In this document: positions 38,732 to 48,488 of the stretch, in pieces
Position numbering within the stretch: the stretch's first letter is position 1
How the letters are laid out: each line of letters starts with the position of its first letter
Assembly: GCA_963844455.1 (NCBI GenBank)
Contig: CAWJOH010000015.1
Location: 265,210-329,209 of the forward strand
Direction of reading: 5' to 3'
DNA length: 64,000 nucleotides
DNA from: an uncultured Actinomycetota bacterium
GTDB lineage: Bacteria > Actinomycetota > Actinomycetes > Mycobacteriales > Nakamurellaceae
Notes under the pieces: generated by a model
Told to the model about the DNA's origin: nothing
What the model saw: only the letters and a program-made list of their open reading frames with translations
Database searches by the model: none
Translations under genes and position numbers: made by a program

Positions 38732-40450
38732 TCAGCCGTCGGGTTCGAGGCGGGGGTATTCGGGTCGCCACATGGCGTCGTGGACCTGTTGGATCGGGTC
38801 GTGGAACTCGACCTGGGCCAGGCCTTCCTCCGTGGCGGTCTTCGCGACCGCGATCGCGACCGCGGCGGACACGGTGCGCAGGTCGGTCATGGGGGGTAGC
38901 AGGGAGGCGCCGGCCCTCCGGGCGTCGGACAGCTGCGCGACCGCGTCCGCCGCGGCGGCGATCATCCGGTCGCTGATTCGGGTGGCCTTCACGACGGCAA
39001 CACCCAGGCCCAGGCCGGGGAAGACCAGCGCGTTGTTGGCCTGGGCGATCTGGTAGGTCCGATCGTCGTGGATGACCGGGGGGAACGGGCTGCCCGTCGC
39101 CGTCAGCACCCGCCCGTCGGTCCAGGCGATGAGATCGGCGGGCAGTGCCTCGGCCTTGGACGTGGGGTTCGACAAAGGAAAGATGATCGGACGCGGCGCA
39201 TGCGCGGCCATGGTGCGCACGATCTGCTCGCTGAATGCACCGGCATGGGTGGACGTCCCGATCAGCATCGTGGGTTGCGCTCGGGTCACCACCTCCGCCA
39301 AGGCGATCCGCCCGCCCGGTTCGCCACCGACCCACCCGGTGACCTCGGCCCGCCGCCGGGCGTATGGCTGCTGGAAATCAAGGAGACCGGGCGCGTCGTC
39401 GACCAGCAGCCCCTTGCTGCCCATCGGGTAGAACCGCTCCATGGCTTCCTGTGGTGACAAGCCCTCCCGGATCATCTGATCCCGCATGATGTCCGCGATG
39501 CCCAACCCGGCGGTACCGGCACCGTAGATCACCACCCGCTGATCGGCGATCCTCGACCCGGCCGCCCGGACCGCGGAGAACGCCGCTGCCAGCACCACCG
39601 CCGCGGTGCCCTGCATGTCGTCATTGAACGTGCACACCTGATCGGCGTACTTGTTCAGGATCCGGCGGGCGTTGGTCGCGCCGAAATCCTCCCAGTGGAG
39701 CATCGCGTTCGGAAACAATCTGCCGACCGCCGTGACATATGCGTCGATCAGGTCGTCGTACCGCTGGTCCCGGATCCGGGCATGCCGGGCCCCGAGGTAC
39801 ATGTCGTCGTTGAGCAGCTTCAGGTTGTCGGTGCCCATGTCCAACACCACCGGCAATACTCGGCGCGGGTGGATCCCGGCGGCGGCGGTGTACACGGCGA
39901 GCTTGCCGATGGAAATCTCGATCCCGCCGACGCCCTGGTCGCCGATGCCGAGAATTCCCTCGGAGTCGGTGGCCACCAGCAGGTCGATGTCATCCGGTCC
40001 GAGACCGGTGTTGCGCAACGACTTCTCCACATCCTCCGGATGATCCACCGACAGGTACACGCCGCGGGTCCGACGGAACTCCTGGCTGAACCGCTCGATC
40101 GCCAACCCCACCGTCGGCGTATAGACAACCGGCAACATCTCCGAAATGTGTTCGGTGAGCAGCCTGTAGAACAGCACTTCGTTCCGGTCTCGCAGATTCG
40201 CCAGGTACACCCATTTACGCAGATCATTGGCCTGTTCTGTGTACTGGGCGTACACCCGGCGGAGCTGGCCCTCCAGGGTGGACACCCCGGTCGGCAACAG
40301 GCCGGTCAACCCGAGAGCCTCTCGCTCGCGCAGCGTGAACGCCGTCCCACGGTTGATCGACGGCGAGGCCAGCACCGCACTCCCCCGCGCGTGAATACGC
40401 GCCACCACGCCATCTGTCGTGGATATCAGTTCATACGGGCCCGTGACCAT
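38732..40450 (-). CDS. NAD-dependent malic enzyme
   Basis: [54 protein letters not shown]. Confidence 0.95.
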   Translation of the reverse strand: MVTGPYELISTTDGVVARIHARGSAVLASPSINRGTAFTLREREALGLTGLLPTGVSTLEGQLRRVYAQYTEQANDLRKWVYLANLRDRNEVLFYRLLTEHISEMLPVVYTPTVGLAIERFSQEFRRTRGVYLSVDHPEDVEKSLRNTGLGPDDIDLLVATDSEGILGIGDQGVGGIEISIGKLAVYTAAAGIHPRRVLPVVLDMGTDNLKLLNDDMYLGARHARIRDQRYDDLIDAYVTAVGRLFPNAMLHWEDFGATNARRILNKYADQVCTFNDDMQGTAAVVLAAAFSAVRAAGSRIADQRVVIYGAGTAGLGIADIMRDQMIREGLSPQEAMERFYPMGSKGLLVDDAPGLLDFQQPYARRRAEVTGWVGGEPGGRIALAEVVTRAQPTMLIGTSTHAGAFSEQIVRTMAAHAPRPIIFPLSNPTSKAEALPADLIAWTDGRVLTATGSPFPPVIHDDRTYQIAQANNALVFPGLGLGVAVVKATRISDRMIAAAADAVAQLSDARRAGASLLPPMTDLRTVSAAVAIAVAKTATEEGLAQVEFHDPIQQVHDAMWRPEYPRLEPDG

Positions 40451-41420
40451 GTCGAGGCCTTTCGTCGAGGGTGTGACATCGATGCGGTGTTCGATCGTGG
40501 GGAAGACCCGGGCCGGCCGGCGCGCATTGTGGACGCGGCCGGCCGCGTCGGGTCGTGCATCTGGCGGGCGACGTGCTCGTGCACCGTAGACTTGTGCTTG
40601 TAGGCCTCGACGTCGGCGCGGTGCTCCTCGGCGGAGTGCTCGTCGAGCATGTCCAGGTCGTCGAACGGATCCTCGCCGGAGAAGACCCGGTCGGCCTGCG
40701 GGCGGTCGATCTCCTTGACCCAGTTGCCGATGACCAGGGTGGCGACGGCGTTGCCGGAGAAGTTCGTCAGGGCGCGGGCTTCGGACATGAACCGGTCGAC
40801 CGCGACGACGAGCCCGACGCCCGGAACCAGCTCGGGGCGTGCGAGGCCAGGCCTCCTCCGAGCACTGCCAGACCGGCGCCGGTCACCCCGGCCGCCCCCT
40901 TGGAGGCGACGATCATGAAGACCAGCAGCGACAGCTGCTCCGACCAGGTCATCGGCATCCCAGCGCGTTGCTGATGAACAGCGCCGCCATTGTCAGGTAC
41001 ATGGCGGTGCCGTCCAGGTTGAACGAGTACCCGGTGGGGACCACGATGCCGACGACCGGCCTGGACACCCCGAGGTGCTCCATCTTGGCGATGAGCCGCG
41101 GCAACGCGGTCTCCGAAGAGCTCGTCGCGACGATGAGGAGGTACTCCTGCCGCAGGTAGTAGAGCACCTTGAAGATGGAGAAGCCGGTGGTGACCTTGAG
41201 CACGCCACCCAGGATGACCACGATGAAGACCACGCAGGTGGCGTAGAACATCAGCACGAACATCGACAACGATCCGATCGCGGCCCACCCGGCATTGCCG
41301 ACGACCCCGGCGATGGCGCCGAACGCGCCGATCGGAGCCAACCACATGATTCCGGCCAGGATCTTGAAGACCAGTCGCTGCAGGACCGTGATACAGCGCA
41401 GCACCGGTTCGCCCTTCGCG
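40426..41420 (-). pseudogene. dctA: C4-dicarboxylate:cation symporter, 5'-truncated and frameshifted
   Basis: [36 protein letters not shown] and [17 protein letters not shown] spread over three frames; N-terminal third absent. Confidence 0.8.
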
Positions 41421-41717
41421 CCGAGGCTACGGCGAATCCGTGGCGGCACCGTCAACAGAGTCGGAGCGGCGAGCGCGACCGAGTCTCTCGGACCTCGGAG
41501 CACCTCGGAAGGTGGTGAAATTCTCTCATCGCCCGCGCTGAGTTCGCCCGGTCGCTCGTCCAGGAGAAGCACGACTTGCTTCTGGTGAAACAGATTCTCG
41601 GCGCAGGTGAACCTGCCGCCGGCCACATCGCAGACACGGTCGCGGTCAGCTTTGTCGAGGACGTGATAGTGGTCGTGGACACCGGGTGCAGCGATCCGAA
41701 CGCGACCTCCGAACCGA

Positions 41718-42248
41718 TCACCCGGAGTAGACGAGATGGAGCACGCCGCTGTCGAACGCTGTCGACGACAGCAGCGTCAGCGGGACGGTCGCGCCGTCCT
41801 CGAACAGCTTCTTGCCGTGGCCGACGACGATCGGGTGGACGAGCAGGTGCAGCTCGTCGATCAGACCGCGCTCGAGCATCCAGCGCACGAGGGTGGCGCT
41901 GCCGGTCGTGCCGAGCCGGGTGTCGGCCTTGAGGCGGCTGAGCTCGGCGGCCACGTCGCCGGAGATCACCGACGAGTTCTGCCAGGACGGCTCGGTGAGC
42001 GTGTTCGACACGACGTACTTGCGCGCGCCGTTCATCACGCCGGTGATCGGGTCGGCGGGGTCGGCGTTCGGCCAGTAGCCGGCGAATTCGTCGTAGGTGC
42101 GCCGGCCGAGCAGCGTGGCGTCGGTCGCGCTCATCTGCTCGCCGACGACGGCACCCATCTGGTCGTCGAAGTACGGGAAGTGCCATTCCTCGGGCGAGGA
42201 GATGACGCCGTCGAGCGAGATGAACAGGCTGGACCTGAGAAAACCCAT
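41718..42248 (-). CDS. Dihydrofolate-reductase/RibD C-terminal family protein
   Basis: ISLDGV, LLGRRTY, KYVVSNTL, GSATL, LIDELHLLVHPIVVGHG. Confidence 0.9.
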   Translation of the reverse strand: MGFLRSSLFISLDGVISSPEEWHFPYFDDQMGAVVGEQMSATDATLLGRRTYDEFAGYWPNADPADPITGVMNGARKYVVSNTLTEPSWQNSSVISGDVAAELSRLKADTRLGTTGSATLVRWMLERGLIDELHLLVHPIVVGHGKKLFEDGATVPLTLLSSTAFDSGVLHLVYSG

Positions 42249-42304
42249 GGGAACTCCTCTGTCGGTCGGGCGGGTGGCCCGGTCGGGGTGCTGTCAACCC
42301 GTGT

Positions 42305-42331
42305 GCCGAACGACAGACAGGTGGATCGACA
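42305..42331 (-). promoter_or_regulatory. Putative ECF42-type promoter
   Basis: Minus strand TGTCGA-N17-CGGC, close to the reported ECF42 TGTCGA / CG(A/T)C motif. Confidence 0.5.
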
Positions 42332-42422
42332 CTCCCGGAGAAGTTTTTTGAGATTCCTTCCCCGCGACCGCACGGCGGCGGTCGCCGACGTTCGACGACC
42401 CGCCGCCCCGCGGCACGGTTCG

Positions 42423-43469
42423 CTACGGCCGGATCTCGTAGACGAGGTTGAACGGCGATTCCGCTGCGCGCCGGAACCGGGTGAACCCGGCCTCGATCGC
42501 CAGCGCGCGGACGGCCGCCTCGCCCGCCTGCGCGCCCAGCGGGTTGGCGCCGGGCTGCGAGAGCCCGTTCGGCACGCAGAGAAAGGTGGAGCCGCTGAAG
42601 TAGAGCCGGCCGACCGGGTTGAAGTTGTCCTCGAGCCGATCGGCGGCGAACGGCTCGACCAGCAGCCAGGTGCCGTCGGGCTCGAGCGCCTGCCGCACTC
42701 GCCGCGCGGCCGCGAGCGGGTCGCCCATGTCGTGCAGGCAGTCGAACATCATCACCAGGTCGTACCCGGTGCCGATGTAGCCCTGCGCCTCCGCAACCTC
42801 GAATCTGACCCGGTCGCCGACTCCGGCCTCCGCGGCCCTCTTGCGCGCCAGGTCGACGGACTCGACATGGTAATCCGAGCCGATGACGGTCGCCCGCGGG
42901 TAGGCCTGGGCGAGCAGGATCGACGTGCTGCCGAGGCCGCAGCCGATGTCGGCGACCCGTGCGCCGGCGGTGAGCTTGGCGTCGACGCCCTCGAGCGCCG
43001 GGATCCAGTTCGGCACCAGTCCGGCCACGTAGCCCGGACGGTAGAACGCGTCGCAGCCGACGAACACGTCGTCGACGTGCTCGTGCCACCCCACGCCCGC
43101 ACCGGTGCGGAACGCCTCGGTGATCTGGGGCTCCGCCCGCAGATACCCGAGCGCGGCCACGAACGCCGCCGGCACGTTGGGGCCGTTCGGGTCGGCCAGG
43201 CAGTACGCCTGCTCCTCGGTCAGGAAGAACGCCTGCGTGTCCGGGTCGTAGCTGACGTAGCCGCCCGCCGCCTGGCCGCGCAGCCACTCCGTGAGATAGC
43301 GCGGGTGGCAGTCCGTGCGCCGCGCGAGCTCGTCCGGCGTCGCCGCGCCCTCGGCGAGCGCACGGAAGAGGCCGAGGCGATGGCCGACGACCACCGAGCC
43401 CGCGGCGCCGGTTGCCCCCATGTCTGTGACCACCCTGCCGAGAAACTCCATCACCCTGTTGTTGTCCAT
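42423..43469 (-). CDS. Class I SAM methyltransferase with N-terminal winged helix (Rv2258c-like)
   Basis: GHRLGLF, RYLTEWL, ADIGCGLG, FDCLHDMGDP, LGAQAGE, PFNLVYE. Confidence 0.9.
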   Translation of the reverse strand: MDNNRVMEFLGRVVTDMGATGAAGSVVVGHRLGLFRALAEGAATPDELARRTDCHPRYLTEWLRGQAAGGYVSYDPDTQAFFLTEEQAYCLADPNGPNVPAAFVAALGYLRAEPQITEAFRTGAGVGWHEHVDDVFVGCDAFYRPGYVAGLVPNWIPALEGVDAKLTAGARVADIGCGLGSTSILLAQAYPRATVIGSDYHVESVDLARKRAAEAGVGDRVRFEVAEAQGYIGTGYDLVMMFDCLHDMGDPLAAARRVRQALEPDGTWLLVEPFAADRLEDNFNPVGRLYFSGSTFLCVPNGLSQPGANPLGAQAGEAAVRALAIEAGFTRFRRAAESPFNLVYEIRP

Positions 43470-43530
43470 GCCGGTCTCCTTCGGATCGAGCCGGCGCGGT
43501 GCCGGCCATGACGACAACGGTCGACCGCGG

Positions 43531-43570
43531 CGCTTGCACGGCACTCGCACGCGCTTGCCGAGCGCTTGCA
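43531..43570. promoter_or_regulatory. Four helically phased direct repeats (SARP/BTAD-type operator)
   Basis: CGCTTGCA (43531), CACTCGCA (43542), CGCTTGCC (43552), CGCTTGCA (43563). Confidence 0.7.
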
Positions 43571-43629
43571 CGGCGGTGCCGGCGTTCCGCGGTCCCGCTG
43601 CGACGGGCATCCTGTTCGCGGAGGTGGCC

Positions 43630-46476
43630 ATGGGCTTGCGGAGCGCGCCACCGGTCCGGGTGGACGTGCTCGGGCCGTTGCGCCTGACGGTCGACGGCGC
43701 TCCCGTCGCCGTGCGGGGCGCCAAGCGGCGCGCGATGCTGGCCATGCTGACGCTCGCCGAGGGCCGCACCGTGACCGTGGATCACCTGATCGACGAGCTG
43801 TGGCCGCCGGAGTCCACGGACTCGGGGCGACAAGCGGTGCACAGCCTTGTTTTCCGGCTGCGCGAGAACCTGGCGGCGGCCGCCGACCTGCTGCAGACCC
43901 GGGCGGACGGCTACCGCCTGGAGCTCGACGCCGGAGCGCTGGACCTGGCGCGGGCGCGGTCGCTGCTCGCCGCCGGGCGGGCCAAGGCCGAGGCCGAACC
44001 GGCCACGGCGGCGGGTCTGCTGCGGGACGCCCATGACCTCTGGCGGGGTCCGGTGCTCGCGGACCTGGCCGATTTCCTGTCCGTCGCGACCGCGATCGAG
44101 CAGTGCGCGCGGCTGCACCGCGACGTCACCGACGCCTTGATCACGACCGCGATCGACGCCGGCCAGGCACCGGAGGTGCTGGCACTCGCCGTCACGTCCG
44201 TGGCCGCCGACCCGCTTCGCGAGCCCGCGGTCCGGTCGCTGATGCGCGCGCTGGCGGCGACCGGCCAGGCTGCGGAGGCGTTGCGCACGGGGCGGGAGTT
44301 CCGCCGGCGGCTCGCCGACGACACCGGGCTGGACGCGTCGCCGGAGCTGGACGCACTCGAGCGGACGATCGCCGGCGGCGGCGCCGGCCCGCCGTCCCGC
44401 CGGGCGGATGTGCGGGTCACGCCGCCGGCGCCGCTGATCGGTCGCGACGCCGAAGTGGCCGCGCTGCACCGGCTGCTCGGGACCGAACGGTTGGTGACCC
44501 TCGTCGGCGCCGGCGGCGTCGGGAAGACCCGGCTCGCGGTCGAGGTGGCGCGCCGGAGCGGCCCGACGACGACCCTGCTGCTGGCACCGGTGACCGACCC
44601 GACGGCTCTCCCACACGTGCTCGCCGAGGCGTTGGACCTGACCGTCGTGCAGGGTGACGTCCTCGCCGCGTGCCTCGCCGTGCTGGGCGATCGTCCGGGG
44701 CTGCTGGTGATCGACAACTGCGAGCACCTGCTGGACGAGGTCAGGGACACGGTGAACCGGATCCTGTCCTCCTGCCCTGACCTCACGGTGCTCACGACCA
44801 GCAGGGAGCCGCTCGGCCTGGCCGCCGAGTACGCCTTCCGGCTGTCGCCGCTGCCGGTGCCCGGTCCCGGGCAGGATGTCGCGCGCGTGCCGTCCGCGGC
44901 GATCTTCCTCGACCGCGCCGCCCGGGTGCGCCCTGGCCCGTCACCCGGTCCCGCGGAACTGCAGGCGGTCGCCGAGATCGTGCGCCGTTTGGACGGCATG
45001 CCGCTGGCCATCGAGCTGGCGGCGGGTCGGCTGTCCACCTTCGCGCTCGACGACCTGCTCCTGCGACTCGACCGGTCACTCGATCTGCTCGGAAGCGCGC
45101 GGCCGAGCGCGGACGCCCGGCACCGCACGCTGCGGGCCACCCTCGAGTGGTCCTACCGGCTGCTTCCGCAGGACGAGCGCCGGCTGTTCCGGCATCTCGC
45201 CGTGTTCGTCGACGGCATCGACCTCGACAGCGCTGAGCGTCTTGCCGGGCAGCTCGGGCTCGACGGCGAACCGGGAGCCGTCCTCGCCCATCTCGTCGAC
45301 GCCTCCATGATCGACGCCCATTTCGAGGGCGGCACGCGCTATCGCATGCTGGAGACGCTGCGCGCCTTCGGCCTCGACCGGCTGGCTGCCGCCGGCGAAG
45401 ACCGGTCGGCGGCCGACCTGCTCGTCCGCTGGGCGGTCGACCTCACGCAGTGGGTGGAACGCACCATGGCGGGCGAGGACGAGCCGACAGCGGATGGTGT
45501 CCTGCGCCGGGAACTGGCCAACCTGCGGGCCGCGTGGCGGCTGACCCGTGACCGCGGGTCGGTGGACGACGCCGCGGCGATCGTCACGGCGCTCTACGAC
45601 GCCGTCGGCTACCGCGATCTGATCGAGATCCGCGGCTGGGCCGAGGAGCTCGCCGGCGATCCGGTCGTTCTCGCCGGCCCGCACGCGGCCGCGGTGCTGG
45701 GCGTGGCGGCGGAGGCCGCGTACCACCGGGGCGACTACGCCCTGGCCGAGCGGCGCGCCCTGGCCGGGCTCGACGAGCCGGACGCAGGCGGCGGCGCCTG
45801 GTTCTGCCTGTCGGCGTTGTCCGTGGCCGAACTCGCTCGGGGCGCCTTCACCGAGGTCGAACGGCACTCCCTCGCCGCCGCGGACCTCGCGACCAGACCG
45901 CGGGAGAACCTGGGCGTCGCCGCCCTGGCCGCGGCCTACTCGGGCGACGTCGACCGGGCCAGCACGTTGAACGCTTCGCACAGCACCGCCGGGCCGTCGC
46001 CCTCGATGCGCTCGTGGCGTGCCTACGTGAACGGTGAGATCGAGGCGGCGGCCGGCCGGCCGGACGCCGCCGAGCGGCACTACGCTCTCGCGGTCGAGCT
46101 GGCCGGCTCCTCGGGCGCAACGTTTCTCGTCGGTATCGCCAGGGTCGGGTTGATCGCGGCGTGGGCCCGCACGGGCCGCATCCAAGAGGCGCTCGACGGC
46201 TACCGAGCGGTGATCGACTACTTCTCCCGAACCGGAAACTGGACGCACCTCTGGGTGACCCTGCGCAACCTCGCCGAGCTGCTGCGCGGGCTCGGGGAAT
46301 CCGCCGCTGCCGATCGCATCGCCGCCGCGGCCGACCGGGCACCGGACGCGCCCGCCGTCGGCGCACAGACCGGTGACGGATCGCCCGATACCGGCACGGC
46401 CGGATCGATCCCCAGCCGATCCGACGTGCTGGACACCGCCCGGCGTGCCATCGAGCGGAGTCTCGGCGGGCTCTGA
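43630..46476 (+). CDS. AfsR/SARP-like regulator (OmpR-type HTH, BTAD, NB-ARC-like ATPase, TPR)
   Basis: VLGPL, LIDELW, LWRGP, PLRE, GAGGVGKT, IDNCEH, TSREPL, LDGMPLAIELAA, RHRTLRA. Confidence 0.92.
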   Translation: MGLRSAPPVRVDVLGPLRLTVDGAPVAVRGAKRRAMLAMLTLAEGRTVTVDHLIDELWPPESTDSGRQAVHSLVFRLRENLAAAADLLQTRADGYRLELDAGALDLARARSLLAAGRAKAEAEPATAAGLLRDAHDLWRGPVLADLADFLSVATAIEQCARLHRDVTDALITTAIDAGQAPEVLALAVTSVAADPLREPAVRSLMRALAATGQAAEALRTGREFRRRLADDTGLDASPELDALERTIAGGGAGPPSRRADVRVTPPAPLIGRDAEVAALHRLLGTERLVTLVGAGGVGKTRLAVEVARRSGPTTTLLLAPVTDPTALPHVLAEALDLTVVQGDVLAACLAVLGDRPGLLVIDNCEHLLDEVRDTVNRILSSCPDLTVLTTSREPLGLAAEYAFRLSPLPVPGPGQDVARVPSAAIFLDRAARVRPGPSPGPAELQAVAEIVRRLDGMPLAIELAAGRLSTFALDDLLLRLDRSLDLLGSARPSADARHRTLRATLEWSYRLLPQDERRLFRHLAVFVDGIDLDSAERLAGQLGLDGEPGAVLAHLVDASMIDAHFEGGTRYRMLETLRAFGLDRLAAAGEDRSAADLLVRWAVDLTQWVERTMAGEDEPTADGVLRRELANLRAAWRLTRDRGSVDDAAAIVTALYDAVGYRDLIEIRGWAEELAGDPVVLAGPHAAAVLGVAAEAAYHRGDYALAERRALAGLDEPDAGGGAWFCLSALSVAELARGAFTEVERHSLAAADLATRPRENLGVAALAAAYSGDVDRASTLNASHSTAGPSPSMRSWRAYVNGEIEAAAGRPDAAERHYALAVELAGSSGATFLVGIARVGLIAAWARTGRIQEALDGYRAVIDYFSRTGNWTHLWVTLRNLAELLRGLGESAAADRIAAAADRAPDAPAVGAQTGDGSPDTGTAGSIPSRSDVLDTARRAIERSLGGL

Positions 46477-46568
46477 CACCCGTCCGGAATCGACCGGCGC
46501 GACACCCTGCGTTCGCCGACAGCGGATGACTCTCCCCGGCCGCCGGAGTCGGCCGTACCGTCCCCGGC

Positions 46569-47441
46569 ATGGAAAGGCCGAGCCGCCTCGGCGACGTCGC
46601 CGCGCTGCTCCCGGCGCGCGTCGAACGGCACTACGGAACGCATCCGCGGGTGGATGCGCTGCGATCGGTGTGCGATCGGTTCACGGCCGGCGCGCGGCCC
46701 GTCGACCCCGACGGCCTCGATGAGCTGCAGGACGTCGCCCAGACCGTGTTCCGGCACCTCGAGCTGACGCACGCCGCGGGGCTTCCCGTCGAGCACGAGA
46801 GCACCGGCTGGCCGCCCGCCGACCTGCCGGCGATCACCCGCGCCGGCGCCGGGATCGCCGCGGTGCTCATGGATGTCACCGGCGCGGCCGTGATCAGGCT
46901 GACGGAACTGGCGCCGGTCGCGGCGGCAGCGCCGCTGCTCGCCGGCGCCTTCGCGCTGGTCCGGCGCGCCGAGCGGGTGGTGATCGACCTCCGCGCCAAC
47001 GCCGGCGGGGACCCGGCGACCGTGGTCCTGATCGCCGACTGGCTGGCCGGCGGGCCACCCCGCCATCTGTTCGACGTGCGGTACCGCGACCGCACGAGGC
47101 AGTGGTGGACCGCCGGGGCGCCGCCGGTGCCGCCGCCCGATGGCCTCGTCCGGGTGCTGATCGGACCCGGCACGTACAGCTCCGGCGAAGCTCTCGCCTG
47201 GGCGCTGCAGCGACAGCGCCTCGCCACCGTCGCCGGCCAACCGAGCCGCGGCGCCGCCGATCACGTCGTGCCCCTCAACCTGACTCACGACGTCCGCGCC
47301 CTCATCCCGGAGGCGACCGTCGTCGACCCCGGCGGCGGGCCCACCTGGGAGGGCGCGGGCGTGCAGCCCGACGAGCCGCTGACCGCGCTGGACGTCGTGC
47401 ACGACACCGGCGCCGGCACGACCGGTCCAGCCGACCGGTGA
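46569..47441 (+). CDS. S41-family peptidase, compact form without signal peptide
   Basis: VIDLRANAGG, TYSSGEA (catalytic Ser), GQPSRGAA, WEGAGVQPD. Confidence 0.8.
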   Translation: MERPSRLGDVAALLPARVERHYGTHPRVDALRSVCDRFTAGARPVDPDGLDELQDVAQTVFRHLELTHAAGLPVEHESTGWPPADLPAITRAGAGIAAVLMDVTGAAVIRLTELAPVAAAAPLLAGAFALVRRAERVVIDLRANAGGDPATVVLIADWLAGGPPRHLFDVRYRDRTRQWWTAGAPPVPPPDGLVRVLIGPGTYSSGEALAWALQRQRLATVAGQPSRGAADHVVPLNLTHDVRALIPEATVVDPGGGPTWEGAGVQPDEPLTALDVVHDTGAGTTGPADR

Positions 47442-47728
47442 CCGGTGCCGACACCGTCCGGCGCCCCCCACCGTCGCGCGCCGCCACTGCCGGCGGCCGG
47501 CATCGCGTCGAGTTGTGCCAGCGGCGGTTCTGCTGGACGCTCGGCTCGGGCCCGCGCGGCTCGGGCCGGCCCGGTAGCCCGCCGATCCCTCGCCGCGCCG
47601 GGACGGGTCCCCCGGGCACGACGCGATCGGAGCATGGTCCGGCATGAACGGTCCCCGTGATCGACCTGCCGGCATCGCGCACGATGACAACCGAAGGACC
47701 GGACACCGGACCCAGTGAGCGAGGGACG

Positions 47729-48488
47729 ATGCGGATCGCGGTGATGGCCACGTGCCTGGGCGACGCGCTGTACCCCGACGTGGTCCGGGCAACGGTCACG
47801 GTGCTGGAGCGGCTGGGTCACCGGGTGATCTTTCCCGCCGCTCAGGTGTGTTGCGGGCAGATGCATGTCGAACACCGGGTACCTGGCCGAGGCGCTGCCG
47901 GTGGTGCGGCACCAGGTGGACGTCTTCACCGCGGCGGATTGCGACGTGGTGGTCTCGCCGTCCGGGTCGTGCGTCGGCTCCGTGCGGCACCAGCAGGCGA
48001 TGGTGGCACGGCGGGCCGGCGACACCGCCCTCGCCGAGCGGGCCACCTCGCTGGCCGGCCGCACCTACGAACTGTCCGAGCTGCTGGTGGACGTGCTGGG
48101 TGTGACGGACATCGGCGCGTACTTCCCGCACCGGGTGACGTACCACCCGACGTGCCACTCGCTGCGGATGCTGCGGGTGGCTGACAAGCCGCTGCGGCTG
48201 TTGCGCGCCGTCGACGCCATCGACCTGGCCGAGCTGCCGGACGCCGAGGAGTGCTGCGGCTTCGGCGGCACGTTCGCTTTGAAGAACGCCGACACCTCGG
48301 CGGCGATGCTGGCCGACAAGATGACCCATGTGCTGGCGACCGGGGCGCAGGTGTGCTCGGCCGGCGACTCGTCCTGTCTCATGCACATCGGCGGCGGCCT
48401 GTCGAAGGCCGGAAAGCGCGTGCACACGGTGCACCTCGCGCAGATCCTGGCATCGACCAAGGACCACCCGTGGGAGAGTGCATCGTGA
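47729..48488 (+). CDS. lutA: Lactate utilization protein A (CCG domains), single frameshift near 47870
   Basis: MRIAVMATC...QVCCGQMH, then after a one-base shift NTGY...SGSC...YHPTCH...ECCGFGGTF. Confidence 0.88.

Noticed and set aside
41452-44727. 1091-aa minus-strand ORF
   Set aside because: Shadow across the BTAD regulator, methyltransferase and RibD-like genes; no coherent domain
42423-47441. Secondary-metabolite cluster suggested by SARP regulator, methyltransferase and peptidase
   Set aside because: No PKS, NRPS, RiPP-modifying or terpene core enzyme nearby
47860-47880. Programmed frameshift in lutA
   Set aside because: No slippery sequence; a single extra G in a normally continuous gene fits an indel error better
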